Both the position numbers and the translations under genes were made by a program. A DNA stretch of 64,000 nt from Candidatus Eiseniibacteriota bacterium (GTDB taxonomy: Bacteria; Eisenbacteria; RBG-16-71-46; CAIMUX01; VGJL01), in NCBI GenBank assembly GCA_041946735.1, contig JBHGAY010000029.1, forward strand, positions 1 to 64,000, given 5' to 3'. This document shows positions 48,443-57,469 of the stretch, piece after piece (position 1 is the stretch's first letter; each line of letters starts with the position of its first letter). The notes under the pieces were generated by a model. The model had not been told where the DNA came from. It did not search any database and saw nothing but the letters and a program-made list of their open reading frames with translations.

Positions 48443-51264
48443 GCGCGCGGACCGATCTCCCGTCGGTCCTCACGAGAGCGCTGCTCGCGGCTGCCTCGCC
48501 GCGCATCGGAGAAGCTTCGGCGCCCGGTCCGTCCCGCGATCTCTTCCCGCGCTCCTCGGTCCCCGATGCCGGCTCCTTCGATCTCGCTCACCTCTCCACG
48601 CAGTCCCACCGGCTCCTCGCCGATCTGATCACGCTGCTCCTGCTCGAGCTGGAAGGACTGGTCACCTCGCCGCTGAACAGCCGCGCGCGCGCCCGCCTCC
48701 GCCTCGGCGCTCCGTCGCGCAGCCGCGTCCTCGCCGAGTGGCGCTCCCCGCTCGAGCCGGAAGCCCCGGCGAGCCTCTTCGAGCCGCCCGACCCGGGCGA
48801 GAGCCCGGCCGGCTTCGATCCCACGATCGCGCGCGACCCCGAAGCCTTCTACCGCCGCCTGCTCCTGGCCACACGCGAGACGGCCGCCTCGCTCTCCCTC
48901 GCTCCGTCCGCCGTCGAGGAGATGATCCGGTGGCTGCTGCCGATCATCGCGCGCTGTGATCCCGAGGACGATCCGGTGGGATGGATCCACGCGCACGAGC
49001 AGCGCCACGCGCTCGTGCGCGGGCCGGGCAACCGCCTCCGCTTCCAGGTGGACCGGGATCGCGGCCGGAGCCACGGGGTCCTCTACACGCCGCCGCCGCT
49101 CACCGAGGCGCTCGTCGAGTCGATGCTCCACCACTGGGCCTGCGGCGGGAACGGCGGGGAACGGCCGGCGGCCGGGCTGTTCGATCAGGCGAGCGCCGAT
49201 CTCTCCGGCGGTGCCGCCGGAGCCGCCGGACCCACCGGACCTGCCGGACCTGCTGGACCCACCGGACCTGCCGGACCTGCGGCGAGCGAAGCGCGGCCCG
49301 CCGGCTTACCTCCACCGCCCGGCCCGATCCCGACGATCCTCGATCCCTCCTGCGGATCGGGACAGTTCCTCCTCTCGCTCGCGCGCCGCCTGCTCGCCGG
49401 CCGCTCCGCGCGCCCCGAGGAGATGCTCGCCGTCTTCCAGTCGATGCACGGCGTCGACATCGACCTGCGCGCCGCCTCGCTCGCCGCCCTGAACCTCTCC
49501 CTCCAGGCGGTGCGCGCGCTCTCGCGTTCGCAAGGGGTGGAGGGGCGGGTCGTGGCGCAGTGGCTGGGCGAGCGGCTCGGCCCCGGATTCCCCTGGTTCC
49601 TCGGGACGCAGATCCATCGCGGCAACGCGCTCCTGCTCGCGAGGACGATCGATGGCGACCGCTTCCTCTGGACGGAGCGCTTCGCCTCGATCTTCACGGG
49701 CGAACGCCCCGGGTTCGACCTGGTCGTCGGCAATCCGCCCTGGGTCTCCTACGGACTGCGGGACCGCGAAGGCGTCGAGGAGGAGGAGTCCGCCTACCTG
49801 CGCCGCCTCTACACCTTCGGCGCGCAGTACAAGCTCTCGCTCTATCCGCTCTTCATCGAGCTCGCGCTGCGCCTCACCCGGCCCGGCGGGCTGCACGGCT
49901 TCCTCGTCCCCGACTCGTTCTTCACGGGGAAGCACTTCTCGCGGATCCGCGAACACATCCTCGAGACCTGCCGGCCGCTGCTGTTCTGCCTGGTCGAGTC
50001 GGGACCGTGGCCGGGCGTGCACGTCGGCCACACTGCGTACTACTGCGTCCGCCGGCTTCCGGCGCCGGGCGCGGCACGTCCCGTCATGACCCGGGTGCTG
50101 AAGCTCGGCCCGCCCAACCGTCGCGCGGCGAAGCGCACCGGCGCGGGAACGCTCTCGCTCTTCTCATCGTCCGGGGAGGATCGGGAGCGCCCGGTGCTCG
50201 TCGACGTCGATCACCTGCGAAAGACCCCCTACACGGCGTTCCGGATCTATCGTGACGAGGCGGAACGGCAGTTCGTCGAGGACCTCGAGCGCACCCCGCT
50301 CCGCTTCGAGGACGTGATCGAGACCTACTCCGGACTGATCGCGCGCTACGGGCAGGAGAGCGTCACCGGCCTGCGCAAGGGGGAGTTCGTGCTCCGCGAT
50401 CGTGCGGGGCGCCTGATCCTGAGCGATCCGGATCCTTCGGGACGATGGAGGCCCGCGCTCCGATCGGGCTCCGAGGTCGAGCCGTTCCGGACGCGCTGGC
50501 GCGGCGGGATGCTCTACGTTCCCGATGATCACGAGACGCTGCGGAAGGTGTACAAGAGCGGTTTCGATCTCGAGCGCTACGCCGCCGACAAGGTCCTCCT
50601 GCGGCAAACCGGCGACCGCCTCGTCGCCGCGCGCGACGACACGGGCCTCTTGTGTCTGAACAACGTGCACATTCTCGGCTCTCGCGGGAGCCCGCCGATC
50701 GACCCGCGCTTCCTCTGCGGACTGCTGATGAGCGAGCCGATGGAGCGCTACTACCAGATCATCGCGCTCGAGGCCGGGCGCCCGCTCGCGCAGGTCGACC
50801 TGGTCACGGTCCAGAGCCTTCCGTATCCGGCCGACCCGAGCGGCGCCCCTTATGGAGCGGTGCCGCGAAGCGGCGGGAAGGGATCGCGCGGGGGAGCAAA
50901 GGTCGCGGCGCGCGTGGAGGAGCTGCTACGCGCCGGCAAAGCGGACGGCGTCATCGCGCTACTCGAGCGGTCGCTCGGGGGGAGTGGGGCGGGTGTAGGG
51001 GGTGCGGGCGCGGTAGGCGATGGGGCGGGCGAAGCGGGCGGCGCGACCTCCTCCTCCGCCGCCGGTTCGGGCGGCTCCAGCGATGCCAAGGCGCGCGACG
51101 AGGCGACGATCCTCGTCGCGACGATCGTCACGTTCCTGGAGACCGCGGAGGAACCGGCGGCGCGCAAGACCGGCACCGACGCGCTCGACGGCTCGATCCG
51201 CCTGCTGTTCCGCGTGCCGCAGGCGAACTCCTCCGGCGCGCGCGCCGCTCGGCCGTCCGCGTAG
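48439..51264 (+). CDS. N6-adenine DNA methyltransferase, Eco57I/TaqI-like with C-terminal specificity region
   Basis: GVLYTPPPL, ILDPSCGSGQFL, GVDID, FDLVVGNPPW, GFLVPDSF and KVLLRQTG. ATGA overlap with the upstream gene. Confidence 0.85.
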   Translation: MSARTDLPSVLTRALLAAASPRIGEASAPGPSRDLFPRSSVPDAGSFDLAHLSTQSHRLLADLITLLLLELEGLVTSPLNSRARARLRLGAPSRSRVLAEWRSPLEPEAPASLFEPPDPGESPAGFDPTIARDPEAFYRRLLLATRETAASLSLAPSAVEEMIRWLLPIIARCDPEDDPVGWIHAHEQRHALVRGPGNRLRFQVDRDRGRSHGVLYTPPPLTEALVESMLHHWACGGNGGERPAAGLFDQASADLSGGAAGAAGPTGPAGPAGPTGPAGPAASEARPAGLPPPPGPIPTILDPSCGSGQFLLSLARRLLAGRSARPEEMLAVFQSMHGVDIDLRAASLAALNLSLQAVRALSRSQGVEGRVVAQWLGERLGPGFPWFLGTQIHRGNALLLARTIDGDRFLWTERFASIFTGERPGFDLVVGNPPWVSYGLRDREGVEEEESAYLRRLYTFGAQYKLSLYPLFIELALRLTRPGGLHGFLVPDSFFTGKHFSRIREHILETCRPLLFCLVESGPWPGVHVGHTAYYCVRRLPAPGAARPVMTRVLKLGPPNRRAAKRTGAGTLSLFSSSGEDRERPVLVDVDHLRKTPYTAFRIYRDEAERQFVEDLERTPLRFEDVIETYSGLIARYGQESVTGLRKGEFVLRDRAGRLILSDPDPSGRWRPALRSGSEVEPFRTRWRGGMLYVPDDHETLRKVYKSGFDLERYAADKVLLRQTGDRLVAARDDTGLLCLNNVHILGSRGSPPIDPRFLCGLLMSEPMERYYQIIALEAGRPLAQVDLVTVQSLPYPADPSGAPYGAVPRSGGKGSRGGAKVAARVEELLRAGKADGVIALLERSLGGSGAGVGGAGAVGDGAGEAGGATSSSAAGSGGSSDAKARDEATILVATIVTFLETAEEPAARKTGTDALDGSIRLLFRVPQANSSGARAARPSA
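49210..49281 (+). repeat. Collagen-like G-X-Y tract (8 triplets) including a 27-bp duplication
   Basis: GAAGAAGPTGPAGPAGPTGPAGPA, with ggacccaccggacctgccggacctgc at 49228 and 49255. Confidence 0.85.
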
Positions 51265-51294
51265 TCTCTCGGTCTCTCCTCCGCAGGCGCTTGG

Positions 51295-51699
51295 TCAGGT
51301 CGCGAGCAGCTTCGCGATCCTTCGGCGCAGTTCGTCCCGCACGTCCCGGTATGCCTGGAGCCTCTCTTCCTCCGACCCTCCGGTGACCGCGACAGGGTCC
51401 GGCAGAGCCCAATGGATCCGCTTCACCGGCCCGAGGAAGACCGGGCATTCCTCCTCCGCGCACAGCGTGACGACGGTATCGACTCTGTCCGCCGGGATCT
51501 CCGAGACGGCCTTGGCTCGCTGGCCGCTCGCATCGATTCCGATCTCCGCGAGCGCCGTGACGACCTCCGGCCGGAGGCTCGCCGGGCGCGAGCCCGCGGA
51601 CCAGACAAAGGTGCCGGCGGGGGCCAACGAGCGAGCGATCGCTTCCGCCATCTGGCTTCGCGCGGAGTTCGCGACGCAGAGAAAGAGAATCCCCTTCAT
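51295..51699 (-). CDS. arsC: Arsenate reductase (thioredoxin-coupled, LMW-PTP fold)
   Basis: [24 protein letters not shown]...ECP, HWALPDP and RDE. Confidence 0.92.
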   Translation of the reverse strand: MKGILFLCVANSARSQMAEAIARSLAPAGTFVWSAGSRPASLRPEVVTALAEIGIDASGQRAKAVSEIPADRVDTVVTLCAEEECPVFLGPVKRIHWALPDPVAVTGGSEEERLQAYRDVRDELRRRIAKLLAT

Positions 51700-52781
51700 G
51701 CCGCCCCACCCATCCGGCCGCCGTAGTAACGCCGTCCGAGCGCGAGAGCGACGTTCACGAGCCCGATCATGACCGGCACCTCGACCAGCGGCCCGATCAC
51801 CGCGACGAACGCCGCTCCGTGGTGGATCCCGAACGTCGCCACCGCGACGGCGATCGCAAGCTCGAAGTTGTTCGAGGCTGCCGTGAACGACAGCGTCGCC
51901 GCCTGCCCGTAGGTCGCGCCGACCCGCGCGCTCATGAGGAACGAGACGAGGAACATCACCACGAAGTAGATGAGGAGCGGCACGGCGACCCGGACGACGT
52001 CGAGCGGAAGCTGCACGATCGCCTCGCCCTTCAAAGAGAACATGACCACGATCGTAAAGAGGAGCGCCACGAGCGTGATCGGGCTGATCTTCGGGATGAA
52101 GCGGCTGTGGTACCAGGTCTTCCCCTTCGCCTTGATGAGGGCGAATCGCGTCGCCATCCCGGCGAGAAACGGGATCCCGAGGTAGATGAAGACGCTCTTC
52201 GCGATCTCCCCGATCGTGATGTGGACCGCCGTCCCGCGCAGCCCGAACCAGGTCGGAACGACCGTGATGAAGACGTAGGCGTAGATCGAGTAGAAGAGCA
52301 CCTGGAAGATCGAGTTGAAGGCGACGAGCCCCGCGCAGTACTCCGTGTCCCCCTTCGCCAGGTCGTTCCAGACGATGACCATCGCGATGCAGCGGGCCAG
52401 GCCGATCAGGATGAGGCCGACCATGTAGTCCGGCTTGTCGCGCAGGAAAAGGACGGCGAGCGCGAACATGAGAATCGGGCCGACGACCCAGTTCTGCACG
52501 AGCGAGAGGCCGAGCACCCGCGCGTCGCGGAAGACCGGACCCATCTCCTCGTAGCGGACCTTCGCGAGCGGCGGGTACATCATGAGGATCAAGCCGATCG
52601 CGATCGGGATGGACGTCGTCCCGGCACTCGCCCGATTGAGGAGCGGAACCACCCCGGGGACCAGATACCCCAACGCGATCCCGACCGCCATCGCCAGGAA
52701 GATCCAGACGGTGAGATACCGGTCCAGGAAGGGCAAGCGCCGGGTCCCCGGCGCCGCGCTCCGAGCCTGAACCTCCCTCAC
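51696..52781 (-). CDS. acr3: Acr3 arsenite efflux permease
   Basis: [43 protein letters not shown] and GPLVEVP. GTGA overlap. Confidence 0.95.
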   Translation of the reverse strand: MREVQARSAAPGTRRLPFLDRYLTVWIFLAMAVGIALGYLVPGVVPLLNRASAGTTSIPIAIGLILMMYPPLAKVRYEEMGPVFRDARVLGLSLVQNWVVGPILMFALAVLFLRDKPDYMVGLILIGLARCIAMVIVWNDLAKGDTEYCAGLVAFNSIFQVLFYSIYAYVFITVVPTWFGLRGTAVHITIGEIAKSVFIYLGIPFLAGMATRFALIKAKGKTWYHSRFIPKISPITLVALLFTIVVMFSLKGEAIVQLPLDVVRVAVPLLIYFVVMFLVSFLMSARVGATYGQAATLSFTAASNNFELAIAVAVATFGIHHGAAFVAVIGPLVEVPVMIGLVNVALALGRRYYGGRMGGAA

Positions 52782-53473
52782 AGGAGATTCACCCCGAGAA
52801 CGTGGACGACCGTCAGATACAGCCCGGCGAGAACGAAGATCGCGCCGGTGATGGGGCGGCCGGCTCGCTCCACCCTCGTCATTGCTGAGAACGCCCGGCC
52901 GATCCCACGAGCGCCGAGGACCAGCAGCACGGCGAAGGCGACGACCGGCAAGCCGGTGCCGATGCCGTAGACGGCGGGCAGCAGGCCTCGCGAGTGGGAG
53001 CTGACCGCCAACGGAATCAACGCGCCGAAGAACAGCCCGGCGGACACCGGGCAGAACGAGAGCGCGAACAGCATCCCGAGCGCGCCCGCGCCGGCCAGGC
53101 CTGCCCGAGCCGTGCGCGCGCGAATCGTCTCGCCGACGCTCCACTGGGGTAGCGGGAGCCGAAGCCACCCGAAGATGCCGATCCCGATGACGATGAGGAG
53201 CGGCCCAAGGACCTGGTTCATCCGCTGCTGGAGGAAGAACGACACGGCGGGGATCGAGAGCACGCTCGATACGACGAGCACGCTGATGAGCACGTACGTC
53301 AGCGCCCGGCCGAGCGAGTAGAGGAGCCCCGCGAGGAGCACCTTCCGGGGACTGCCCGCGTTGCGCCCGACAAAGGAGATCGCCGCGATGTTCGACGCGA
53401 GCGGGCATGGGCTGATCGAGGTCAGGATCCCGAGCCAGAGCGCCGTGCCGATCGCGACGAAGACGGATGTCAT
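52778..53473 (-). CDS. arsG: ArsG-like (CcdA/DsbD-fold) membrane protein
   Basis: [21 protein letters not shown] and [15 protein letters not shown], within the ars operon. Confidence 0.75.
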   Translation of the reverse strand: MTSVFVAIGTALWLGILTSISPCPLASNIAAISFVGRNAGSPRKVLLAGLLYSLGRALTYVLISVLVVSSVLSIPAVSFFLQQRMNQVLGPLLIVIGIGIFGWLRLPLPQWSVGETIRARTARAGLAGAGALGMLFALSFCPVSAGLFFGALIPLAVSSHSRGLLPAVYGIGTGLPVVAFAVLLVLGARGIGRAFSAMTRVERAGRPITGAIFVLAGLYLTVVHVLGVNLL

Positions 53474-53997
53474 GACTGCCGGCCGGTCAGATAGGACCGC
53501 GTCTCCTCCTGGATGTACCGGATGAAGCCCTCCTTGTCGCCGGTCAGCTCCCAGATTTTCGGGAGATTCTTCCAGGCCGCTTCCGTCCCGGCGTGCTCGT
53601 CGACGAGGATCACCGACTTCGTGAACAACTCATAGTCCTTCACGAAATGCTTGTACGGCTTCTCGTCGACGTTCAGGACCTGGAACACGAGCCGGCCGTC
53701 CTTCAGCTCCTCCGCGAACCCGGTCCGGATCGCCTCGGTCGTGTACGCCTCGATCTTCCGGCAGGTCGCGCAGCGCTGCGTCGTGTGGAAGTAGTAGGCG
53801 AGGACCCGGTGCGGCCCGGTCGAGTCCGCAACCGCCTCCGTAGTGTCGGCCGGAGCCTGCGGGACGGCGGGTTGGCCGGCCTGCGCGCTCGAAAGCAGCA
53901 CGCTCCCGGCCGCGAGCCCGAGCAGAAGCACAAAAAGCAGAGGCAGCCGCGCCTCAGCCGCAGCCATGGCGCGCCGGTCGAACGATGGCGGCTTCAT
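53470..53997 (-). CDS. arsF: ArsF-like exported thioredoxin-fold protein
   Basis: Signal peptide, [16 protein letters not shown] and [10 protein letters not shown]. Confidence 0.72.
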   Translation of the reverse strand: MKPPSFDRRAMAAAEARLPLLFVLLLGLAAGSVLLSSAQAGQPAVPQAPADTTEAVADSTGPHRVLAYYFHTTQRCATCRKIEAYTTEAIRTGFAEELKDGRLVFQVLNVDEKPYKHFVKDYELFTKSVILVDEHAGTEAAWKNLPKIWELTGDKEGFIRYIQEETRSYLTGRQS

Positions 53998-54227
53998 GCG
54001 ATCATCTCCTTGATCTGCTCGACGGTCGGGACGCGACCGGCCACCCTGACCGCTCCATCCACGACCAGCGCCGGCGTCGACATCACGCCGAACCCCAGGA
54101 TCGCCTGGATGTCCGAGACCTTCTCGATCTCGCAGTCGAGGCCGATCTCCTCGGCTGCCTGTTTCGCGCGCTCATAAAGCACCTGGCATTTCTGACAACC
54201 GGGCCCGAGGACCTGGATCATGGACAT
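53994..54227 (-). CDS. Small redox-active disulfide protein (MTH895/TM0996-like thioredoxin)
   Basis: IQVLGPGCQKC..EKVSDI..GVMSTPALVVDG..GRVP. Confidence 0.88.
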   Translation of the reverse strand: MSMIQVLGPGCQKCQVLYERAKQAAEEIGLDCEIEKVSDIQAILGFGVMSTPALVVDGAVRVAGRVPTVEQIKEMIA

Positions 54228-54276
54228 GGCGGCGTTCCTTTCCTTTCGATCCCACCGATCACATGGATCGCACAGA

Positions 54277-55374
54277 TCAGATAAGCAGGTTGAACAGGTA
54301 GCCGACGATCAGGATGCCGAAGCCGACTACGCCCGCGAAGGTCAGGATGAGCGGCACCCGCAGGACCTTCCGCAGAATGACCATCTCCGGCAGGGACAGC
54401 GCGATCACGGCCATCATGAATGCGAGGACGGTGCCGAGCGCCGCCCCTTTCTCGAGGAGCGCCTGGACGACCGGGATGATCCCGGCCGCGTTGGAGTACA
54501 TCGGGATCCCGAGGAGGACGGCGAGCGGCACGGACCACCAGGCGCCCTTCCCCATGATCGAGGCCATGAAGTCTTCGGGGACGTAGCCATGGATCGCCGC
54601 GCCGACGGCGATGCCGCCGAGCACGTACGGCCAGACCCTGCCGACGATGTCGGTGACGGCGGCGCGTCCTGCCTCGATCCTGTCTGCCCAGGTCAACTTC
54701 GGATCATCCGCCGCAGCGGCCGCCTTGCCGCCTGCGGCCCCGCCCGTCTTCACGGCGTACACCCACGGCTCGACCCAGCGCTCCAGCCGCAGGCGGCCGA
54801 GCACCCAGCCGGCCAGGATCGCGATCGCCAGGCCGGTCGACAGGTACAGGAGCGCCACCTTCCAGCCGAAGAGGCCGAAGAGCAGGACGAGCGCCACCTC
54901 GTTGATCATCGGCGCCGAGATCAGGAACGAAAGCGTGACTCCGAGCGGCACCCCCGTCGTCACGAAACCGATGAAGAGCGGGACGGCCGAGCAGGAGCAG
55001 AACGGGGTGACGACGCCAAGCAGCGCCGCGAGGCCGTTGCCCGCCGCCTCCCGTCTGCCGGCAAGCGCGCGTCTGGTGCGCTCCGGAGTGAAGAAGGTCC
55101 GGACGATCCCGACCGCGAAGACGACGATGACCAGGAGCATCAGGACCTTCGGGACTTCGAAGACCAGGAATTGCACCGCCGAGCCGAGGCGGCTTTCGTC
55201 CGAGAGGCCGAGAACGCGGTAGGCGATCCACCTCGAGAACGGCTCGAGCCCGCGGTAGGCGAGCGCCCAGGCGGCGAGGGCGACGACGCCGATGCTCCAG
55301 CGGAGAGCGGCGCGGCGGGGAGCGCCGCCTGGCGTGGCGCCCCGCTCCTCGGGGATCGCGACGCGGGCTGTCAT
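54277..55374 (-). CDS. arsP: ArsP-family (DUF318) organoarsenical permease
   Basis: TPFCSCSAVPLFIGF, FLISAPMINE, GIPMYSNAAG and ALSLPEM. Confidence 0.9.
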   Translation of the reverse strand: MTARVAIPEERGATPGGAPRRAALRWSIGVVALAAWALAYRGLEPFSRWIAYRVLGLSDESRLGSAVQFLVFEVPKVLMLLVIVVFAVGIVRTFFTPERTRRALAGRREAAGNGLAALLGVVTPFCSCSAVPLFIGFVTTGVPLGVTLSFLISAPMINEVALVLLFGLFGWKVALLYLSTGLAIAILAGWVLGRLRLERWVEPWVYAVKTGGAAGGKAAAAADDPKLTWADRIEAGRAAVTDIVGRVWPYVLGGIAVGAAIHGYVPEDFMASIMGKGAWWSVPLAVLLGIPMYSNAAGIIPVVQALLEKGAALGTVLAFMMAVIALSLPEMVILRKVLRVPLILTFAGVVGFGILIVGYLFNLLI

Positions 55375-55457
55375 TGCCGCCTCCGCGCCTGTCCGCCCGC
55401 AGCTTGGCGGTATGGCCAAGCGAGCAGCAGGCAGCCAAGGAAAAAGCCGCCGCTCAT
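55371..55457 (-). CDS. Possible 28-aa peptide bridging arsR and arsP
   Basis: MSGGFFLGCLLLAWPYRQAAGGQARRRQ. Its ATG overlaps the arsR TGA and its TGA overlaps the arsP ATG. Confidence 0.3.
   Translation of the reverse strand: MSGGFFLGCLLLAWPYRQAAGGQARRRQ
55403..55422. promoter_or_regulatory. Second copy of putative ArsR operator (between arsR and arsP)
   Basis: cttggc-ggtatg-gccaag-cg matches 55793-55812 at 18/20 positions. Confidence 0.6.
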
Positions 55458-55789
55458 CTCGACTGCTTCAAGACCTGGGTCGCGCAAGCGAAGAAGTTCA
55501 TGATGCACGGGGTCAGAAGGCGGTAGATGACCGTGCTGCCTTCGCGCCGGTCCTCGACGATGCCGATGGAACGGAGGACCGCCAGATGCTTCGAGACGGT
55601 CGTCTGGTCCGAGCCGACCAGCCGCGTCAGCTCCCCGGCGCTGCACTCCCCGCGGCTCAACCGGTCGACGATCATGAGGCGGGACTCGTTTGCCAGCGCC
55701 TTCAGGACGCGCGCCTGGCCCCGGAACACGGACTTGTCGGGAATCGTCTGATCCGCCTGCTTCGTCTGCTTGGTCTTCACGATCTTCAC
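55454..55789 (-). CDS. arsR: ArsR/SmtB-family repressor (probably leaderless GTG)
   Basis: LKALANESRLMI, TVSKHLAVLRSIGIV and C-terminal PCIMNFFAC. Confidence 0.88.
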   Translation of the reverse strand: MKIVKTKQTKQADQTIPDKSVFRGQARVLKALANESRLMIVDRLSRGECSAGELTRLVGSDQTTVSKHLAVLRSIGIVEDRREGSTVIYRLLTPCIMNFFACATQVLKQSR

Positions 55790-55829
55790 GGTCTTGACTG
55801 TATGGCCAAGCGGCCAAACCGTCAAGACC
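55790..55829 (-). promoter_or_regulatory. ars promoter/operator
   Basis: TTGACG-N17-TACAGT (55825-55797) inside inverted repeat ggtcttgac...gtcaagacc. Confidence 0.7.
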
Positions 55830-55837
55830 CGAGTCGG

Positions 55838-56248
55838 TTACGTTCGCGGATGACGCCGCACGAGCAGCCAGAAGCTTCTCGGATCGACAATGGGAAACGG
55901 CGCTCTAGCGCCCAGCTCCAGCAGATCGCTGTCGCCCGTGACTAGCACATCCGCATGTCCCGCCATGGCCGAGGCGAGCACCCACCTGTCGTCCGGATCG
56001 CGAACGGGTACGTCGGACGGTCGTCGCGGCTTAGGTACGACCTCGCCCTCGCGCAGGAGTTCCTCAATGGCTTCCACCGTCTCTGCCGGGAGCTTGAGTT
56101 TCGATCGCAGGACTCGCCGCAGCTCGCGGAGTACCACCTCACCGGTGATGAGCACGTGCTCTGCCAGGACGTGGCGCATCACATCCGCGCAGAGCCCCCG
56201 AGTGGCGAAGGCGCTGACCAGGACGTTCGTGTCCAGGAACACCCTCAC
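55838..56248 (-). CDS. PIN-domain toxin
   Basis: RVFLDTNVLVSAF and RDPDDRWVLASA..ADVLVTGDSDLL. Confidence 0.9.
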   Translation of the reverse strand: MRVFLDTNVLVSAFATRGLCADVMRHVLAEHVLITGEVVLRELRRVLRSKLKLPAETVEAIEELLREGEVVPKPRRPSDVPVRDPDDRWVLASAMAGHADVLVTGDSDLLELGARAPFPIVDPRSFWLLVRRHPRT

Positions 56249-56463
56249 GAAACGTCCCGCGCGATGTCCTCGTCAGTCAGATAGCCCCTGGCCTCGGCGA
56301 AGGGCAAAGTCTTCCGCCGCAGGTTCTCGAACCGGAACAGTCTCAGCTGTCGCTGCAGGGCATCCCGAACCAAGTCGCTTCGGGTTCGTCCGGTCTCCTT
56401 GGCCAGGCGGTCCAGCAATCGACTCAGCTGCGGGTCCAAACGTATGGTGATTGAGTCTCCCAT
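56245..56463 (-). CDS. Ribbon-helix-helix (CopG-like) antitoxin
   Basis: ITIRLD..LDRLAKETGRTRSDLVRDAL and GYLTDEDI. GTGA overlap with the toxin. Confidence 0.85.
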   Translation of the reverse strand: MGDSITIRLDPQLSRLLDRLAKETGRTRSDLVRDALQRQLRLFRFENLRRKTLPFAEARGYLTDEDIARDVS

Positions 56464-56499
56464 GTCTTACATCGTAAGACAGCCCTTGCGGCTCGTCAA
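56463..56499 (-). promoter_or_regulatory. TA promoter with palindromic operator, leaderless
   Basis: TTGACG-N17-TACGAT-7 nt-ATG, and a perfect IR tgtcttac-atc-gtaagaca (56463-56481). Confidence 0.75.
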
Positions 56500-56596
56500 C
56501 CGCGAGCAAAGGTCACTGCCTGCAGCGGACGGCCGGCCGCCGGAGAGTTCCGCATTCCCTGACCCTCGGGGCCGGAGCCGCCCACGGAGACATGCG

Positions 56597-57361
56597 TTAG
56601 CGGGCCTTGCGGGCCGGCCGGACTTGTGGCCGCCCACCGCTTCGCAGGGCGGGCGGAATCGGGATGAGCATCGGGACTGCCCTCTGGTAGTCGCGGTAGG
56701 TCTGGCCGAACTCGCTCCGAAGGTCGCGCTCCTCGAGCATCGTCCCGACGACGATCCATGCCGTCCAGAGCATGTTGAAAAGGAGGCGGTCCGCCGAGAC
56801 TCGGTGCTCGCCCCAGATCAAGACGAGCATGAACAGATAGAGCGGATGACGCACGTATCGGTACGGACCACGGACGACGAAAACCGACGGCGCCACCGTC
56901 GTCCCGCGCGACAATGCCCGCAGCGGGGCCGTGCCGAACGTGTCGAACTCGCCGAGCGCCTTCACCCCCCAGACGAACCCCGCGATGGCCGCGATGGAGG
57001 TGGCGGCCAGCAGCCAGCGAGCCGGGCCGCGGATTTCATAAACGACTCGACCGTCCTCTTGCCAGAGCAGGACCAGAATGAAGAGCGCCAGACCCGAGGC
57101 GATCGAGTACAACGCGGCGCCGTAACTCTCCGGAACGACCCTCGCCATCCGTGCCTTCACGCCGCGCCGGACCATCACGCTGTGCTGCAGGAAGAAGACG
57201 AGGCAGAGAAGCGAATCGACGGCTAGCCGCCCTCCGGCGGACTGCGCAAGCGCGATGGAGAACGGAGTGCCGGCCGCCAGGAACCATCCGAAAAGGAACA
57301 ATCCTCCGCCACCGATCGCGACCGAGAGAGAGCTGACCAAGCGAGGAGTCGCGTTCTGCAT
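56597..57361 (-). CDS. Membrane methyltransferase, ICMT/MddA(NnrU/nurim)-like
   Basis: FFLQHSVMVR, GPYRYVRHPLY and LEERDLRSEFGQTYRDYQRAVPM. Confidence 0.8.
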   Translation of the reverse strand: MQNATPRLVSSLSVAIGGGGLFLFGWFLAAGTPFSIALAQSAGGRLAVDSLLCLVFFLQHSVMVRRGVKARMARVVPESYGAALYSIASGLALFILVLLWQEDGRVVYEIRGPARWLLAATSIAAIAGFVWGVKALGEFDTFGTAPLRALSRGTTVAPSVFVVRGPYRYVRHPLYLFMLVLIWGEHRVSADRLLFNMLWTAWIVVGTMLEERDLRSEFGQTYRDYQRAVPMLIPIPPALRSGGRPQVRPARKAR

Positions 57362-57469
57362 GATCCGCCCCTTGCCGTAACCCACTGGAACACTGGAAGA
57401 GTGCGCACAGATCTTAGTCGTGTTTGCGGGCGCCGTCCATGGGCGGCGCCCGACGCCCGCGCAGGGACG

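Noticed and set aside
25977..56499. Mobile metal-resistance island
   Set aside because: No integrase, transposase, tRNA or att repeats were seen, and the Cu and As loci are separated by housekeeping-type genes with host-like codon usage.
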